A stretch of 42,009 nucleotides of DNA from Spongospora subterranea f. sp. subterranea (Eukaryota). Shown piece by piece: positions 1 to 13,600 of this stretch (positions are counted from its first letter, which is position 1; each line of letters begins with the position of its first letter). The stretch lies in the NCBI GenBank assembly GCA_049724395.1, contig JAUGWO010000051.1:62001-104009 (forward strand). Direction: 5' to 3'. Both the position numbers and the translations under genes were made by a program. The notes beneath the pieces are model-generated. The model did not search any database and was not told the DNA's origin. It saw only the letters and a program-made list of their open reading frames with translations.

Positions 1-340
1 GAGCCATTGATGACGCTTGCGTAGCCATCCTGTTGACATCCTCCAGATTGATCTTATGAGCAAGCGATGATGCCTGTGAAGCCACCCTGTGCATATTCTC
101 AATATTAACCGCAGAAGCAATCGACGACGCTTGCGATGCCATCCTTCGCATATTCTCTATATTGGCCTCAGGGGAAATCGACGCCGCTTGCATAGCCATA
201 CTGGATATATCCTCCAGATTGACCTGTTCAGCAAGCGACGAGGCCTGTGAAGCCATCCTTTGCATATTGTCGATGTTGACTTCAGGAGTAAGCGACGAAG
301 CTTGTGAAGCCATCCTGCCTAGATTGTCCAATCCGATTGC
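1..340 (-). repeat. Coding tandem repeat, 57 bp / 19 aa unit, about 6 copies in the window (last truncated by the edge)
   Basis: RMASQASSLTPEVNIDNMQ / RMASQASSLAEQVNLEDIS / SMAMQAASISPEANIENMR / RMASQASSIASAVNIENMH / RVASQASSLAHKINLEDVN / RMATQASSMA... Confidence 0.9.
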
Positions 341-1648
341 ATTGCCGGATAACTGCGCCTGAGCACCCACCCGCTGCAGATGGGCAACGTTTATTGTTTC
401 ACCTGTCTCAGAAATCTGCCCCATAGAACTCTGAACATTGCCCATACTGATTGAAGACGTTTCTTGTGGCAATACACTTGTGAATTTCGACCTTGAGCCC
501 ACATCCCCAATATGTGCAGACACTGATGCAGACGAAGTGGGCAAAGCGTCACCGGAAATATCGCTAACCAAGGTGTGATAAGCCCCTCGAAACTGCTCTT
601 TTGCTTGAGAACTAAATATCGCAGCCTGGTCCAAGACATCTGATGGAACATGCGATGCTGCTGCAGTGCGAATTTTAGAGGAAACATCGTCAAGCTGAGG
701 ATGTTGGAGTTGTTTGACATCAATTCCCAAAAGTTTGTCTGGTAGCGTACTGGACAAAACCGGACCCTGAATTGTATCATTTCCGGCATTGCTATCGCTT
801 GCCTCGATCTGATCATTCAATGAGGAGAGCATTGCATCAACATCCTTTCGACGGCTTTCAACACCTTCACGCAAACTCGAGCTTGCTTCCGCAACTAGCT
901 CACTCAGTCCATTTGACCCTTGTTGAACCACACTCGCAACATTTTCAGCTACAAATGCCCCGCTATTCTGGACTTGCACTTTCAGATCACGCACAGTAAC
1001 AAGTTTCTCAGAAGCATTATGGATTGAATCAAAATTTGCTGCAGCAATGCTGCTGATAGAACTCAAACCGGAAGTTCCAGTGTTTTTCAGAGGTTGTATC
1101 TGCGTTTCAATGTCGGACGCAAACTCAGAAATAACCGTTGGGTCAACGGATTTCGCAGTGGCCGCCACTGAAAAAGATAGTGCTTCGACATTATGGGCGC
1201 CTGGAAACGCGGAGGTTGCGTTTGATATTGACGTTTCGAGCATGCGCACGTCCTCGTTGGCCCTTAGGAGGTCAATGTCGTCATGTATCGTGGATGCGGC
1301 TAATGCACCTGACGACAAAGCGATTGTCGTTGCCGATTTCGCTGCGTTAGATATTATGGGGGAAGAGTCTTGCACCATTGTTGCCACATGGCTGGCCATC
1401 GCGTTGGCAGGTACTGATAATGGTGCTGTCATTTTTGAAGCAACTTGCCTGACTTTATCCGCGTTCGCCAACGAGACATCCCCTGCTGCTGCTGCCGTCG
1501 TGACTGCTGTTTGCGAAACCATGCTCGCGACCCCCGCAGTAGTGTTTCGAGCACCTGCTGCGATACTTCCAGCTTCAGTTGCAACGTTTGCAATCGTTGG
1601 AGCTACGGAAAACTGCGAAGCAGCTGTAGTAACAGATCCTAATACTGC
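1..1648 (-). CDS. Large exon of the giant gene: Ala/Ser/Thr/Val-rich region, open to the window edge
   Basis: The acceptor CTTTTAG|GCAGTA lies at 1648. Translation AVLGSVTTAASQFSVAPTIANVATEAGS... has no stop to base 1. It is absent from the ORF track because it has no in-window stop. Confidence 0.85.
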
Positions 1649-4600
1649 CTAAAAGGGGTAAGGGTTTACTTTGACTGAGTTGCATTACAAGCAGCAACAA
1701 ACGGACCGGTAAAGAATCAAGCACTGGTAATTCCTGTGCCAATTTCTCGAATTGCTCTTCTGCCGCATTTGTAGCTTTTGCCAACTGTAACAGCAAGTTA
1801 ACTTAGCGTACCCGTAAAACAAGCTATAATTGGAACAGAAAGCACGATAAGCTTTTTCTCTTCGCCTTTACCTCAAAAATACGTTGGTTTTGCAACGCGA
1901 ATTTTCTTGCGGCCAGAAACAGCCGAACTGGAGATGCCAGCACTGTGAAGAGGAACATGACAATTGATATTGCGTTGAACAGAAACAAAATAGCTGCTCC
2001 GAAGACACTGGGAAGACCCACCTAAAGCAATTTGGTTAACCATCGATAGTCAGAAACAATTTCTACGTTCAAAATTGCTTCAACCACTTTGGCAGATTGC
2101 ACACGATACATTATAAACGATGTTGAATGTAATCAATATTCGTGAACCTACGTCCAACAAAATTGCTGTAGTAATATTGGCCGTATTCGCCACTTGCGAC
2201 GATATCTCCAATATACTTTCATAATTATCCTGTTGTGGAAGCAAGCAAATAATGGTTAGGCACCATAGGCATTAATAATCGAATCGAATCGAAGATGAGA
2301 GATGATTGGCAATAGTCCCAACGTTGTCCAAAAAGAGAGTAGCATAATTTAGATCAAATTTGCAACTTCGCAAAGCTGAATAACATAATTTTCCTGAACC
2401 GGAAAATGGAGAGATGTGACTGTGTATGGACAAAGCACCTGGTACGGGCGAAATAGGATTGCCAAGATGGCTGCGAGACCGACTAAGACATTGCCCAATG
2501 CTAGTTTGGCATTCTTGACAAGCAAATCGTTCGGTATGAATAACGACACCAGAACAATGGCCAGTTTTTGAAACATCTGGAATAATTTGAAATATCTGAA
2601 TCGTCTTTGATATGCTCCATAAAGGTACGTTTGCGGTACTGGATTCAATGCAACCTGGGTATACAACATTTACATCGCGCTTTACATATTAGAACCCTCC
2701 AAACTAGCAATGCGATATTTCGAAAAGTTTCAACTCCGCTAGTATTGTCAACGCCAGTTGAATTCGCATACAATACGAAATGGAAGAAGGCAAAGTGGGA
2801 TCGAAAAAGCGAACTTGTTCACATCACCGTAAGAAAATCATTGCAAGAGCTGAACAACAAAACAGAGGACGACAGCAAATGTGTGATTGTACCTCATTGG
2901 CGTAGAAGGTGTCAAGGTGTTCTACAGCTTCTTTGATTTTTTTACGCACATCTTTGTCGTGGCGCGCCTGGCGTTTCAGTCCCGCGATTAGCTCATTGTA
3001 ACTGTGGACGCAATTCAACCATAAGCTATACGATCGCTTGATCACACAAAATGTTGGCTTACACAGCAGCCTCGTCCGTGTAGCCATGGGCATCGATCAT
3101 CTTTGTCGCACGCGATATGAGGCGCCCGAAAAAAATCGGCAAACCAATGATGTATATTGCCGCAAATGCTACATTATTTGAGTTTGGCATTGTTTTCCAC
3201 ATATTCTTGGTTAACTTACCAATGGCCACATATTGGATTAGATATAACTCCACAGAAACACAGTTACGGTCGGGATATAGTACAAGATGATCATTGCTGC
3301 ACTAAAGAGTTGACCGCAACAAGGACTTAGCACCAAGGGTAGGTGAGCGTTGAATTCGTGCCACAAAGGTGTCATAGGGATGCTGCTCGCTACAACCAAA
3401 AAGAGAAATCTGTGGGTAGTGTGTTTCTGTACCTGAAATTGCTGCATTATAACGCGAGCAACGGGTAAGAACAAGACGGTAATGCTGAATAAGGATATGC
3501 GCCTAATCATGTAGTTGCCTTTGTACCACCAGCGAAGGAAGTCTTCAGGTGCCAACATCCACACAGTTGGCTCGAAAACGCTTGCATACAGCAATTTTAG
3601 CTTTTGCATAAAGACAACAATTTCTCAACATATTATTACCCATGCAATGAAGTACCATATAGCTAAAATGGCCAACATGGGTGACATCATTTGAACCATT
3701 AGCCCATTGAAGTTTCCGTCTGTCATCTTCAAGTTCTGCACGCGTTGGATATTGGACTGGTATAGCGCCATCGAACTTCCGAAGGAGATCAGAAACCAAG
3801 ACACCAACACGCACCAAGCCTAAGAAAGCAGCAATATGCGTTATTGTTCTCGCATAATGTAAAGCTTTGTGAATTTTACACAGACCCCGCAACGGTCTTT
3901 GAATATAAATTTTGTAGTAGTAAACTCACAATGAAATTAAACGCATAATTCATCTGCTCTTGAATAAAGAAAGAGCGTTAACGACAATCCTAGAACATCC
4001 TCAAAAGGTGGTTTCTGCTGTGTTAAATTTGTGGCCCCCGCAATAGAAATTTTGCAACCATAGATTGAGTTGAAAACCAAATAAATCATTTCGTGATATT
4101 CATATATGACGTAATGGAATTACTTTGAATTTGGTGTTGCTCCAGTTGGTCACAAAGCGACGGCGGAATGTTTCCACGTCCAGAGAAGCTCCTAATAGGT
4201 AAAAAAGAATAAAGATGAGGGGTAAGGCCATGATCACGAAGAATTTCAACACGGCGAGCGAGCTCAGCTTGAACGAGAATACCAGGTCAATATCGAATGA
4301 AAAAAACACAACCTGAAACAATCACATCAGCGACCCGCCACATTACAGCCATATAGAATTGATGTTGTAACCAGCTGTGGTTTTCAACGAAATAACGTTA
4401 ATCGATGGAAACTGATTTTTTGTTCACTAGGTAGAAAAATATGTGCACCAATTGAAAACGAGTACGAGAAAATACATTGTTTTAGATCATAACGTGAATC
4501 ATTGAAAACAAATGACTGCAATTGCGGTAATGCCTAGAATGAGGTCTCTGCGTTTTTAACGGCACACCACAGATCATAGGATCACAGCTTGGCAGGTACA

Positions 4601-7600
4601 TTGAGGTAAACAGGACTTCGAAGAGCTTTTGTGCAAACAAGGAGAATGTGTAACGTTCACAGATATAAAATAAAACAGTCGATTCGATATCTGGAAGGTA
4701 TTTCTAGTCAGTGTAGGTGATTGCGTTTACGTAAAAGGACAGATCGATCCAAAGCTTGGGCCATGGAATGTTCAGGTTGATGGCATATACAAGGGAATAC
4801 ATCTGCAGGAAATTGATCATGATTTCCAACTGAGGTAAGGAAATAGTCAGTTTGGCTCTTGAAACACAAGGCGGCTTTGGAACTACCTTCACTAAAATTG
4901 ATCCAGTTACGGCTAACAGAGGAGCTGCAGCAACGTTGACGATGGCAGCGGTGACCTCGCCGGTTGCATTTGAAACTGTTGCCATGGCATTGGACACTGT
5001 AGTTGCTCCGCTCCCCGATCCGGTTGCCCCATTCGCTAAGGCCTTATTGTCGCTGAACGACGGACCTGACCAACATGACTCAGCCAAATAGAAAAGTGTG
5101 ATTTCTTCATATTCGAGCCAATGCATCGCGCCTTGAGAGCAATGACTTCATGCAGTGTAGTGTAAACTACGATGTGGGAAAACTGGCGTTGGGTGTGAAA
5201 TTCTTACCTCCTGCGACGTTCTTGCGCGCCTCGCTTGCAGTAAGTTTATGTTGTTGGGCGTAGGCCTTGTCTTTCGCGGCGACCCAGCCTCCTTTTTGTA
5301 CACGGCTGAGCAAGGAAGGTCGATTTAGGTCATATTCAAAGTTTTGTTCAGCGTAAGCTTACCTAACGGCATTCCGCGCAGAACTTTCTTTTTGAACGAA
5401 CTCAATTGCGTTCAGCCGTTCGTCATCGGATATGGGATCATCGTCAAGCACGATCAGTGTACGCCCCAAACCATATATCACATATTGCCTGGGTGGAGGT
5501 AAAGATACAGCCACTCTTTCAGTTTTTCATATGCAAAAGTTGTCAACGAGAAAAAGAGCCGTTGCGCTAACGTAGCAGGTGAACATTCTTGAGAAATGAT
5601 GCATGCAACCATGAACACATACAAATTGGATAAGGTGCCAAATAATTTTAAGGTTCGCATTTCGATAAAAGCAATTGGAACTTTCATGGCGTGAACAATC
5701 AAACAGGTGGACCAAGATGGGATCGTGACTGAAATCGATATAGTTTTCATTTCAAAAAAAGCTGATGGACAACTGATCCATAGTGTCAGGTAGTGTGCTA
5801 CAGAGGACAGACGTCCTTCTTGTAGCCCGCACTCCTTCATGTTCAGGCAGTTGTTTGTCACAAACGGCACATCATCAATATATTCAATGATGAATACAAC
5901 TGAATCAATCAACACATCATTCTGCAACGTGAACAATAACCCGTTAGAATTTGGAACGAAATTTGCAACGGCCACTGTGGCTGAACAAAGTGCGCAACGA
6001 TACAGACACATTCGTGCGACAGTGCCGATTTCAGGTCGCGTTGACGACGTGACGAGCAGCAGTGATTCCAGTCACCGAAGAGTGTAACAAATAATGTAAC
6101 ATGAACGACAGGTGTGGGGCCAACCTGTAGTTGAGAACGCGTTTATCGCCACGATTCCATTGGTTGCCGGCTGATTTCAGGTTGGCGACTGATCGCAACT
6201 CGCCAAGAGCAGCGACGACGAAGAAGAACATTTCGGCAGAGATGTTTTTGTTGCTGATGTCGACGTTCACGCACTGGTTGGGTCCGACTCCGGCCACGTC
6301 CCACAGAAATTCTGTCCATGCCATTGTGTTCATTGCGTTGCACAGTCATGTGTCGTGCTTTGATGAAAAAATCCTAAAACACCTACGACTCCACGAACCA
6401 AGAACTGAACAAACAAATCCATAAAAAATACAGTGAACAACGTCAATGAACAAAGACAGATAATGATTGACATATATTGGTGGTGATTGCAGAATTACGT
6501 TGGGCATCCAGCTGCATTCCCTCGAGGACGTTGGTATTGCGCTGGCCATCAATAAGATGGACTCCTCGCAGGCGATATCCGACCACGTCCAGGTAGGATT
6601 CGATCTCTTTCGTCCTTCCGTCTGTTGTTGATTGCTGCAAATCCACCTCCTATTGCACAATTTCTGTCAAACGGTCTATCAAATGTTTTCGCACTGATCA
6701 CAAAGAATCTCGGGGACATATTGACGTAACGAACTCTGTAAAAATTGTCGAGATTGATTCTGGGCAATACCTTCAACGCGTGCAAATCCGATAGCCAGTC
6801 GAGAACGGGATCCAACGAGGGAAACTCGTTCCTGCATATTAGCAGCTTGCGAAGATGTGGTAATGTGTCCAGGCCCTGACCGGCCAGCGACCGCAACGCA
6901 TTATCGTTCAAATCCACAACCTGTGTGACACCGCACAACATCAACCCAGGATCACCTCAAAAATGACACAACAACCCAATTCCGTGTCGGATTCTGGTCA
7001 AGTGATTGTTCAACGTGTGTGCTGTGCTCCTGGAACCGATCACGACTGCAGGGGACTTATTACCAGGAACCCAAATACAGTTCAACCACTGTCCCGTTTT
7101 CATAAATTTGCCAGTGCACTGAGTGGCTGAGTGTTTTCAAAATGCAAATACAGGGGAGCGGGAACCGCTAACTAAATGTGTAGCTGGCGGGGTACCTGTA
7201 GCATTCTCAACGAATCGAAACATTGTTTGACCAGTTGAAGGTCGGAGTTCGAGAGGTCGATCTCGGTTTGCGATAAATCCGGTTCTCCCGACGGCAGACG
7301 TTTCTGGCGCTCGTAAATTGTCAGATCTAAATTGCAAAAAAATTGGACAGTGATCAGACCGGAGTCTACACAAAACAGCTCTATTTGACTCACCAAGACG
7401 CGTTTCCTCGATAAGGTTGGTTTGCAGCGATGCCGAAGCCTTGATCCGTTCTCGAACCGTAACCGGCACGCCGTCCAGCAGCTTCAAAGGGAATTTCCTG
7501 GCCACATTGGGCAGCGTTTAGTGTTCCGACACGAAGGGGACAGTGAACGACCCCGAGGTCGTCAGGTGTTGTCTCGTGAAAACCACTGACCTGGTCTCAA

Positions 7601-10600
7601 TCATGGGCCATTCCTTCAGGAGTTTGTGCCGATCGCTCTTGTTCACTTCGGGATAACAGGTATTACCGATTATGTCGAGAATCGACAGATGGTGCAGCTT
7701 CGACAGGACACCGACAATCTGAACCGAGGAGCAGTTCCCACATCGTCATGTCAAACACCCACAAACATCATCATCCCAGGTGCGATTCGACACCTTTGGG
7801 AATTTCGCCAACAGATTGTGGCCAATGTACAGGTGATGCAGTTCCTTGCACGAATCCAGATTCGATTGCGTTAGAGCGTTGACATCTGTGTAGGTCAGAT
7901 CAGGAACGCGACGTACGACAGTCGTTGGAACGAGAAACCGAACCAATCTGGTTGTTGTTCAGGCGCAGCGTTCGCAGCGACGAGAAGTCGCTGAAATCGA
8001 TGCGCGTCAATGAACAGAACGACAGGTCCAGGGTGACGATCTCATATCGTTGCGGGGGCGGCGCTTGCCGATCGAACACGATCGTCTCGACCGGCGGTGC
8101 ACTCCGACGATGAACAGCCAGGTCAAACCTGTTGACCCCCATCAGAAACAAATTCCCCTCTGTCAGTTCGCGAAACATCTATTGTAAACCGTGTCAAAAC
8201 GCAAAAAAAAGATAGATTCAGAGTGTCAAATCTCTCGACGCGCACATGAAAACCTGTTTTTGAAACCATCGTCCTCGGGACTCGATGTGATATTTTGACA
8301 ATGCTCTTCAATTCCGTTGTATTCGACAAAAAGTGACTAATCCGTTCAATTTTGCGTCGATGGGATTTGTTTTTGATCGGAGAAAGAAAATACGAAACTC
8401 GTATTGGCCACGAGTGGAATTACAAAATCACGAAACAAAGACAGAACTGGTTGACAAAGACAGAACTGGTTGACCCCTTTTGACGCATCTTCGTTTTTCG
8501 GGACCAGATTACCTAAAGTCTTCATCGCTGTCCTTGACGTTGTTGACGACCTCGTCGATGGACACCTCGGTGGCGTCGATGAACACGAGCGTGTTCAGGA
8601 CGCGGGTGAAGCTGGTGCTTTTGGCGACGAATTCGTTCCTGTACGTGATCGGCAGCGGGTTCCCGGCCAGACCGATATAGATCAGCTTTGGCAACTGGTT
8701 CACCACATTCACCACGTCTGAAACAATAAACACACCGATCAGAACCAGAATTGCTCGAAACGCGCATGGAAATTCGTTCAGTTCCGAGTTACGAAACCAT
8801 CTTGTCCTAACTCGTTCTGGAACGAAGGTTTCAGCGGCGAAAAAGCAGAGAAGGGGAATACCCATAAGATCGGCGATCTTGTTGTTGGTCAGGTCAAGAA
8901 CCCGCAGCTCGGTCATCTTCTCGATCTCGGCACCCGAGCAGCGCGGCAGGCGATTGTCTCGCAGCGACAGCTTCTCGAGGTTGACGAACCCGCGCAGCGA
9001 TAACAACGAGATGTTGGTCCCGCTCAGATCCAGCGACGTCACCTGAACCCCACAACACATTGAGCGAACGATTCGCATTGAAGCGTGTTCCGTTTCGAAC
9101 TGCCATCGATTCGCCAGGACAATCAGATGTGAAATTGTGTCGTTGACCTGGTCAGGTTGAACGCCTTTGGGGACGCGTTGGAATATGGCGGCCCTGTACC
9201 TGAGGGTCTCGGCCTGGCCAGGATCACCACCAGCCCCAATCCAGGAATCGACCCGTTCGTCCAAGCTGACCTCAGTGTCCACACAGTGCAGAGTGCATTC
9301 GACCTGTCGCCATTCAGATCCCGATCGAATGCAGTGGAAAACGCAGCGAAGTGTGAAAACGTTCGCTGGCTGGAAATTGTTGAAATTGCCGTCCACACTT
9401 GCCAAGAATATACGGTCGAAAGTGTGAGAAAACGCAGCGAGAGCTTTGCTCATCACTTCATATAAACCCTTTTCGAGCCGTTAAAACTTGAAAAGAAAAC
9501 ACGAATGAAAGTGTGAGCTGTTCTCAGGAAAAGCGTTGGAAAACAAGTTCAATCAATACGTACGAGTTTCATTTTCTCAATGGCGGCGATGAAGGCGAGG
9601 CGGTCTTGGGCTGTTCGCATAACGGGATTCCCCCTGATGTGAACCACCTCCAGGGCGTTCAGACGGTCCATGAACGCCGCCACCTCCTTCAACGGCGTCG
9701 TGATCTTGTTCGATCGAAGATCAAGAAAACGAAGTTTCTGAATTCAAAACAAGTGGCGCTAACTCTCAGATACCAGTAATAATTGGCGTGTTAATTACTG
9801 GAATTCGACCACTAATTCTTAAATTCAACACACATGATCGTGACCGGAAAATCTGAAAGCGACATGTGTCGACAAGAACTGATCTGATGAAATCAAACAG
9901 GAATAATCTGGAAAAAACAGGGACAAAAGGGAAACACTAAATCGCGTCCACAAAATGTGCAGACGACTGATTGTTGGGACTGGTTCAGGGTCCATGGCGC
10001 ACAGGAACCCCAGTGGGGACAATCCCTCACCTGTAACGTGTGGAGACCGGTCGGTAACGCCACCAGCGAGTTGAACGACAGATCCACCGTCGTAACGTTG
10101 ACGAACTCGCCAATGGCGAACTGTTTCAGCTCGAGATGGGATATGGCGGCGATCTTGGTCACGTCAGCGGGCTGGTACTGGATCCCTGGCGCCACATCGC
10201 CATAGCCATATCGCCGCCCGACAACGGGTGTGGCGCAGGACAACATGGCCAGGTGGGTCCGGTACAGCTCGATATCGACCGCCTTGTTCTTCCGGTTCAG
10301 CTTTTGGAAACAGTTGAGACGGTCCAGGAAATCGATATAACGCCCTGAACATCAGGGGTCAGATCAGGTCCACGAACTGGAACGATTTGGGTGATGTATT
10401 TCGATATCAACTCGGATTCGTTGCAGTTTTCAAACATTTTCTAAGCAACACCTTCAAAACCGTTTTGGCTTTATGAAAAAACGACGATTTCTGAAGTTTT
10501 TTTCACATCTTTTGTTTTTTAGGAAACGGCGATTTCCGAAATCGTTTTGAATTCAACGGCGGTCGGTTGGACAGGGATATATTGATTGATGTGGAGAAAC

Positions 10601-13600
10601 CGTCCGATCACCTTCCAATGCCGATAACTTGTCGTTATTGGGTATGAGAGCCTGTAATAGGTCCCGTGTATGGGAGGCATCCGCCTTGGCCGGCGTCTTC
10701 GCCACCGATACCCGTTCCAGGTCGCGAAACCCGCGCATCTGCTTCAGGACGGCCGATTGGTTCAGTGATGGGTTCCCCGATATATCCAGACATCGCAATC
10801 TGCACAAACACACACACACACACGATCCCCATCAGAATGTCAATCCGCCTATTCGACACTAAAAACAACTGTCGAAATCACAATCTGTATAATCTAAATC
10901 ACAACAACGACTTGTCTTGTTCGGACCGCACGTCCATGGAATATCGTGCTCGTTTGCGGGAAAAACACGGAACGCAAAGAGATGAATTGATCCTCAAAAA
11001 CTGGTGCGAATTCCGGTTCTAAAAGCGGTGTGATCGTGTCGACCGCACCGTGTTAGGAGGTGAAGTCCCTCAATTGTCGTCAGCCGGTTCCCCGATAGGT
11101 CCAGCACCTGAATATTGACGAACTTCCCAATATCGACCTTCTCGAAGGCGCGTCTCGGGAACAGCAGCATATGGATCTGCATCACCGATTACCAATTTCA
11201 GAGCGCGTTTCCGAGCAGAAATCGTTTTTCGTCAAAGTCATTTCGGCCAAACACAGTGGACGCGATCGATGTCGTTGACACAGATCACCACCGACCTTCG
11301 ATTCGAATCCAGGGAGGGTGACGACCTGTTGGTGGCCGAACTGCATGATCAGGTTCAGGGTCCATCGCGCCGCGACCGCGTCCTTCTTCTTGCCGAGCGC
11401 GGCGATCGCCTCGACCCGCTCCTCAATCCCGATCGTGTCGCCGTCCAGCGATATCAGGCCCAGGGTTCTATTCGACCCACGTAGGTTCCTGGTCAGATAG
11501 ATCACCGCCTGAACTCAACAAAAACAATCATCATTGGCCGATATTCCCCAATTCGTCAAACGCAATCAAACGATTCCAAACGCGTTCCCTATTTCTATTC
11601 AGAATCATTTGAAGATGTATTTTCCCAGAAATAGCGAGTTGATGAGATATTCCTACGATAATGGCCAAATGACTCAGAATTTGCGTTTTCTCGTGTGAAA
11701 CAATAGTCGGAATCTGGTGAAAAACGGATTTTTCTACTGGTGTGGACGGGAGCCGTTATCGAGAGGTTGTCCTTCTACCTGACGATAGTTCTTGAGGGAT
11801 TTATTGCCCGTTAACGAGAGACGTTGGAGACTGGACATCAGGGCGAGCACATTCAGATTGCGGTAGTTGCGAGACTTGTCCAGGTCGTTATCGCTCAGAT
11901 CGAGGTTCACCAGAGATTGCAGCTTCTCGAACTGAATTACCGCTATTAGTCAAAAAATCGATTCGAAACAAATCGCATTTCAACAACACAATTCATCTTC
12001 CCTCAAACCATCATGATCTCGTTGGTTTGGAAACTATCGAACAGCGAAAAAACAACATCTAGATCTGAAAGAAAGCAAAACAGGAAGCGATGGCGGCGAA
12101 AGGCGTCTTACCCCGGAATGTTCAATCGACGTCAATCCGTTATCGGCAAGGTTCAGGGTCGTGATGTTCACGAAGCGAAACATCCAGACGGCGGTCAGAC
12201 CCTTATGGTGCAGGTCCATGGAGAGGATGTTCCCGGCCTAGCAGAGGGACAACCGATTGCCAATCAACAAATCACTCGTCGGATACTGAACGGTGAACCC
12301 AATACCAAAACCACAATCGCCGACCATCGAAAAATTAGTCAATTCCAACAGGAAGTTTCTTGAAAATGGGAAAACTGAAGATGTTCAAAAACAAAAATTC
12401 GATTGGAACTGTCAACACAATAATGGGGAAAGAGGTCGAGGAACAAACGCAGTTGGGTAAATGATATGTATTTGACCATCACCGACCGCGAATTCGTGCT
12501 CGAAATCTGGGTGCGCCATCTCGGGCAGCTGCTCGAGACACAGTAGGAATATGTTCCAGCTCCGATTGTTGCGAATATCCTGTTGCCACAGGTTAGCAGA
12601 TGCATTTGTGTCCTTTCGGGCAAAACAGCCAAAATCAGGAAACGCGTTCTTTGTTCTCCAAAACCGCCCAATCCAGATATGGAATATGGTGAAACAATGA
12701 ATTTTGGGGTCGAAAAAACGGTAATTCGAATTGATCGTTGTCGGAACAAACGTTAATTGTGGATCGGATTAAGGAAAGAAGGAGTCGACCGACTTTGGTT
12801 TTGGATTTGGCCATGGCCATCGACTTGCGATACGGATCCAGAACGGATCCGTTCAGGGTGAGCAGGTTTGGGCATTTGGGCAATAGCGTCTGCCAAAGGA
12901 TGTGATCGGGATCAGGAACGTGATCGGGATCATATCTTGAGCACAGGGGACAGATCAGCGACCAGAGTGAAAACAATCCTCAAACGATAACGTTCGACAA
13001 ATGAACGGAAACGGCAACGAGAAACGGAGGAAAAATCGGGCGACGATGGTCGGATTGGACTGACCCTTTGAGATCCATGAGCGGATTCTGGCGGAAATCG
13101 AGGATCTGCAGGGCGGGGACGGAGCTGATCGCCTTGACGACGGCGGCGGCGTCGGCGAACAGGTTGTACGAGATGTTCATCTGCGTCAGTTTGGGTAGCG
13201 ACACCTTATCGAGCCTAACACGTGACGAAAACAACACACAGAATAAGGATTCAGAACCGGCCACGACCATGACAAGCAATCAACGACAATTGGAAACAAT
13301 CACAAGATTCGACAAAAAATCAGACGATCTCGAAACAACAGGCGAGACATCGGACGAATTGAAATGTGTAACAGCGAATTGCGTTTGTGGAAATTGAATA
13401 TATCAGGCGAAGGAGGTAATATGGAGCGAGTGGGCAGAAAAAGGGAATCATTGTGCAGTGATTGGAATATTGGAGATACCGTCGCAAACCGCCCTTACGA
13501 AGACCGAGACATTCCAGATTGACAAACAGATTGAGGTATTTGCCGAGATTGGCGCGAACCTTCTTGTCGAGCACTAAAACCGAATAGAATCAGGACGGGA

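Noticed and set aside
1047..1652. Plus-strand 201-aa ORF (also 162-362)
   Set aside because: Antisense shadows of the long minus-strand exon.
8436..8474. 19-bp tandem duplication caaagacagaactggttga x2
   Set aside because: Intronic slippage-type duplication with no sign of function.
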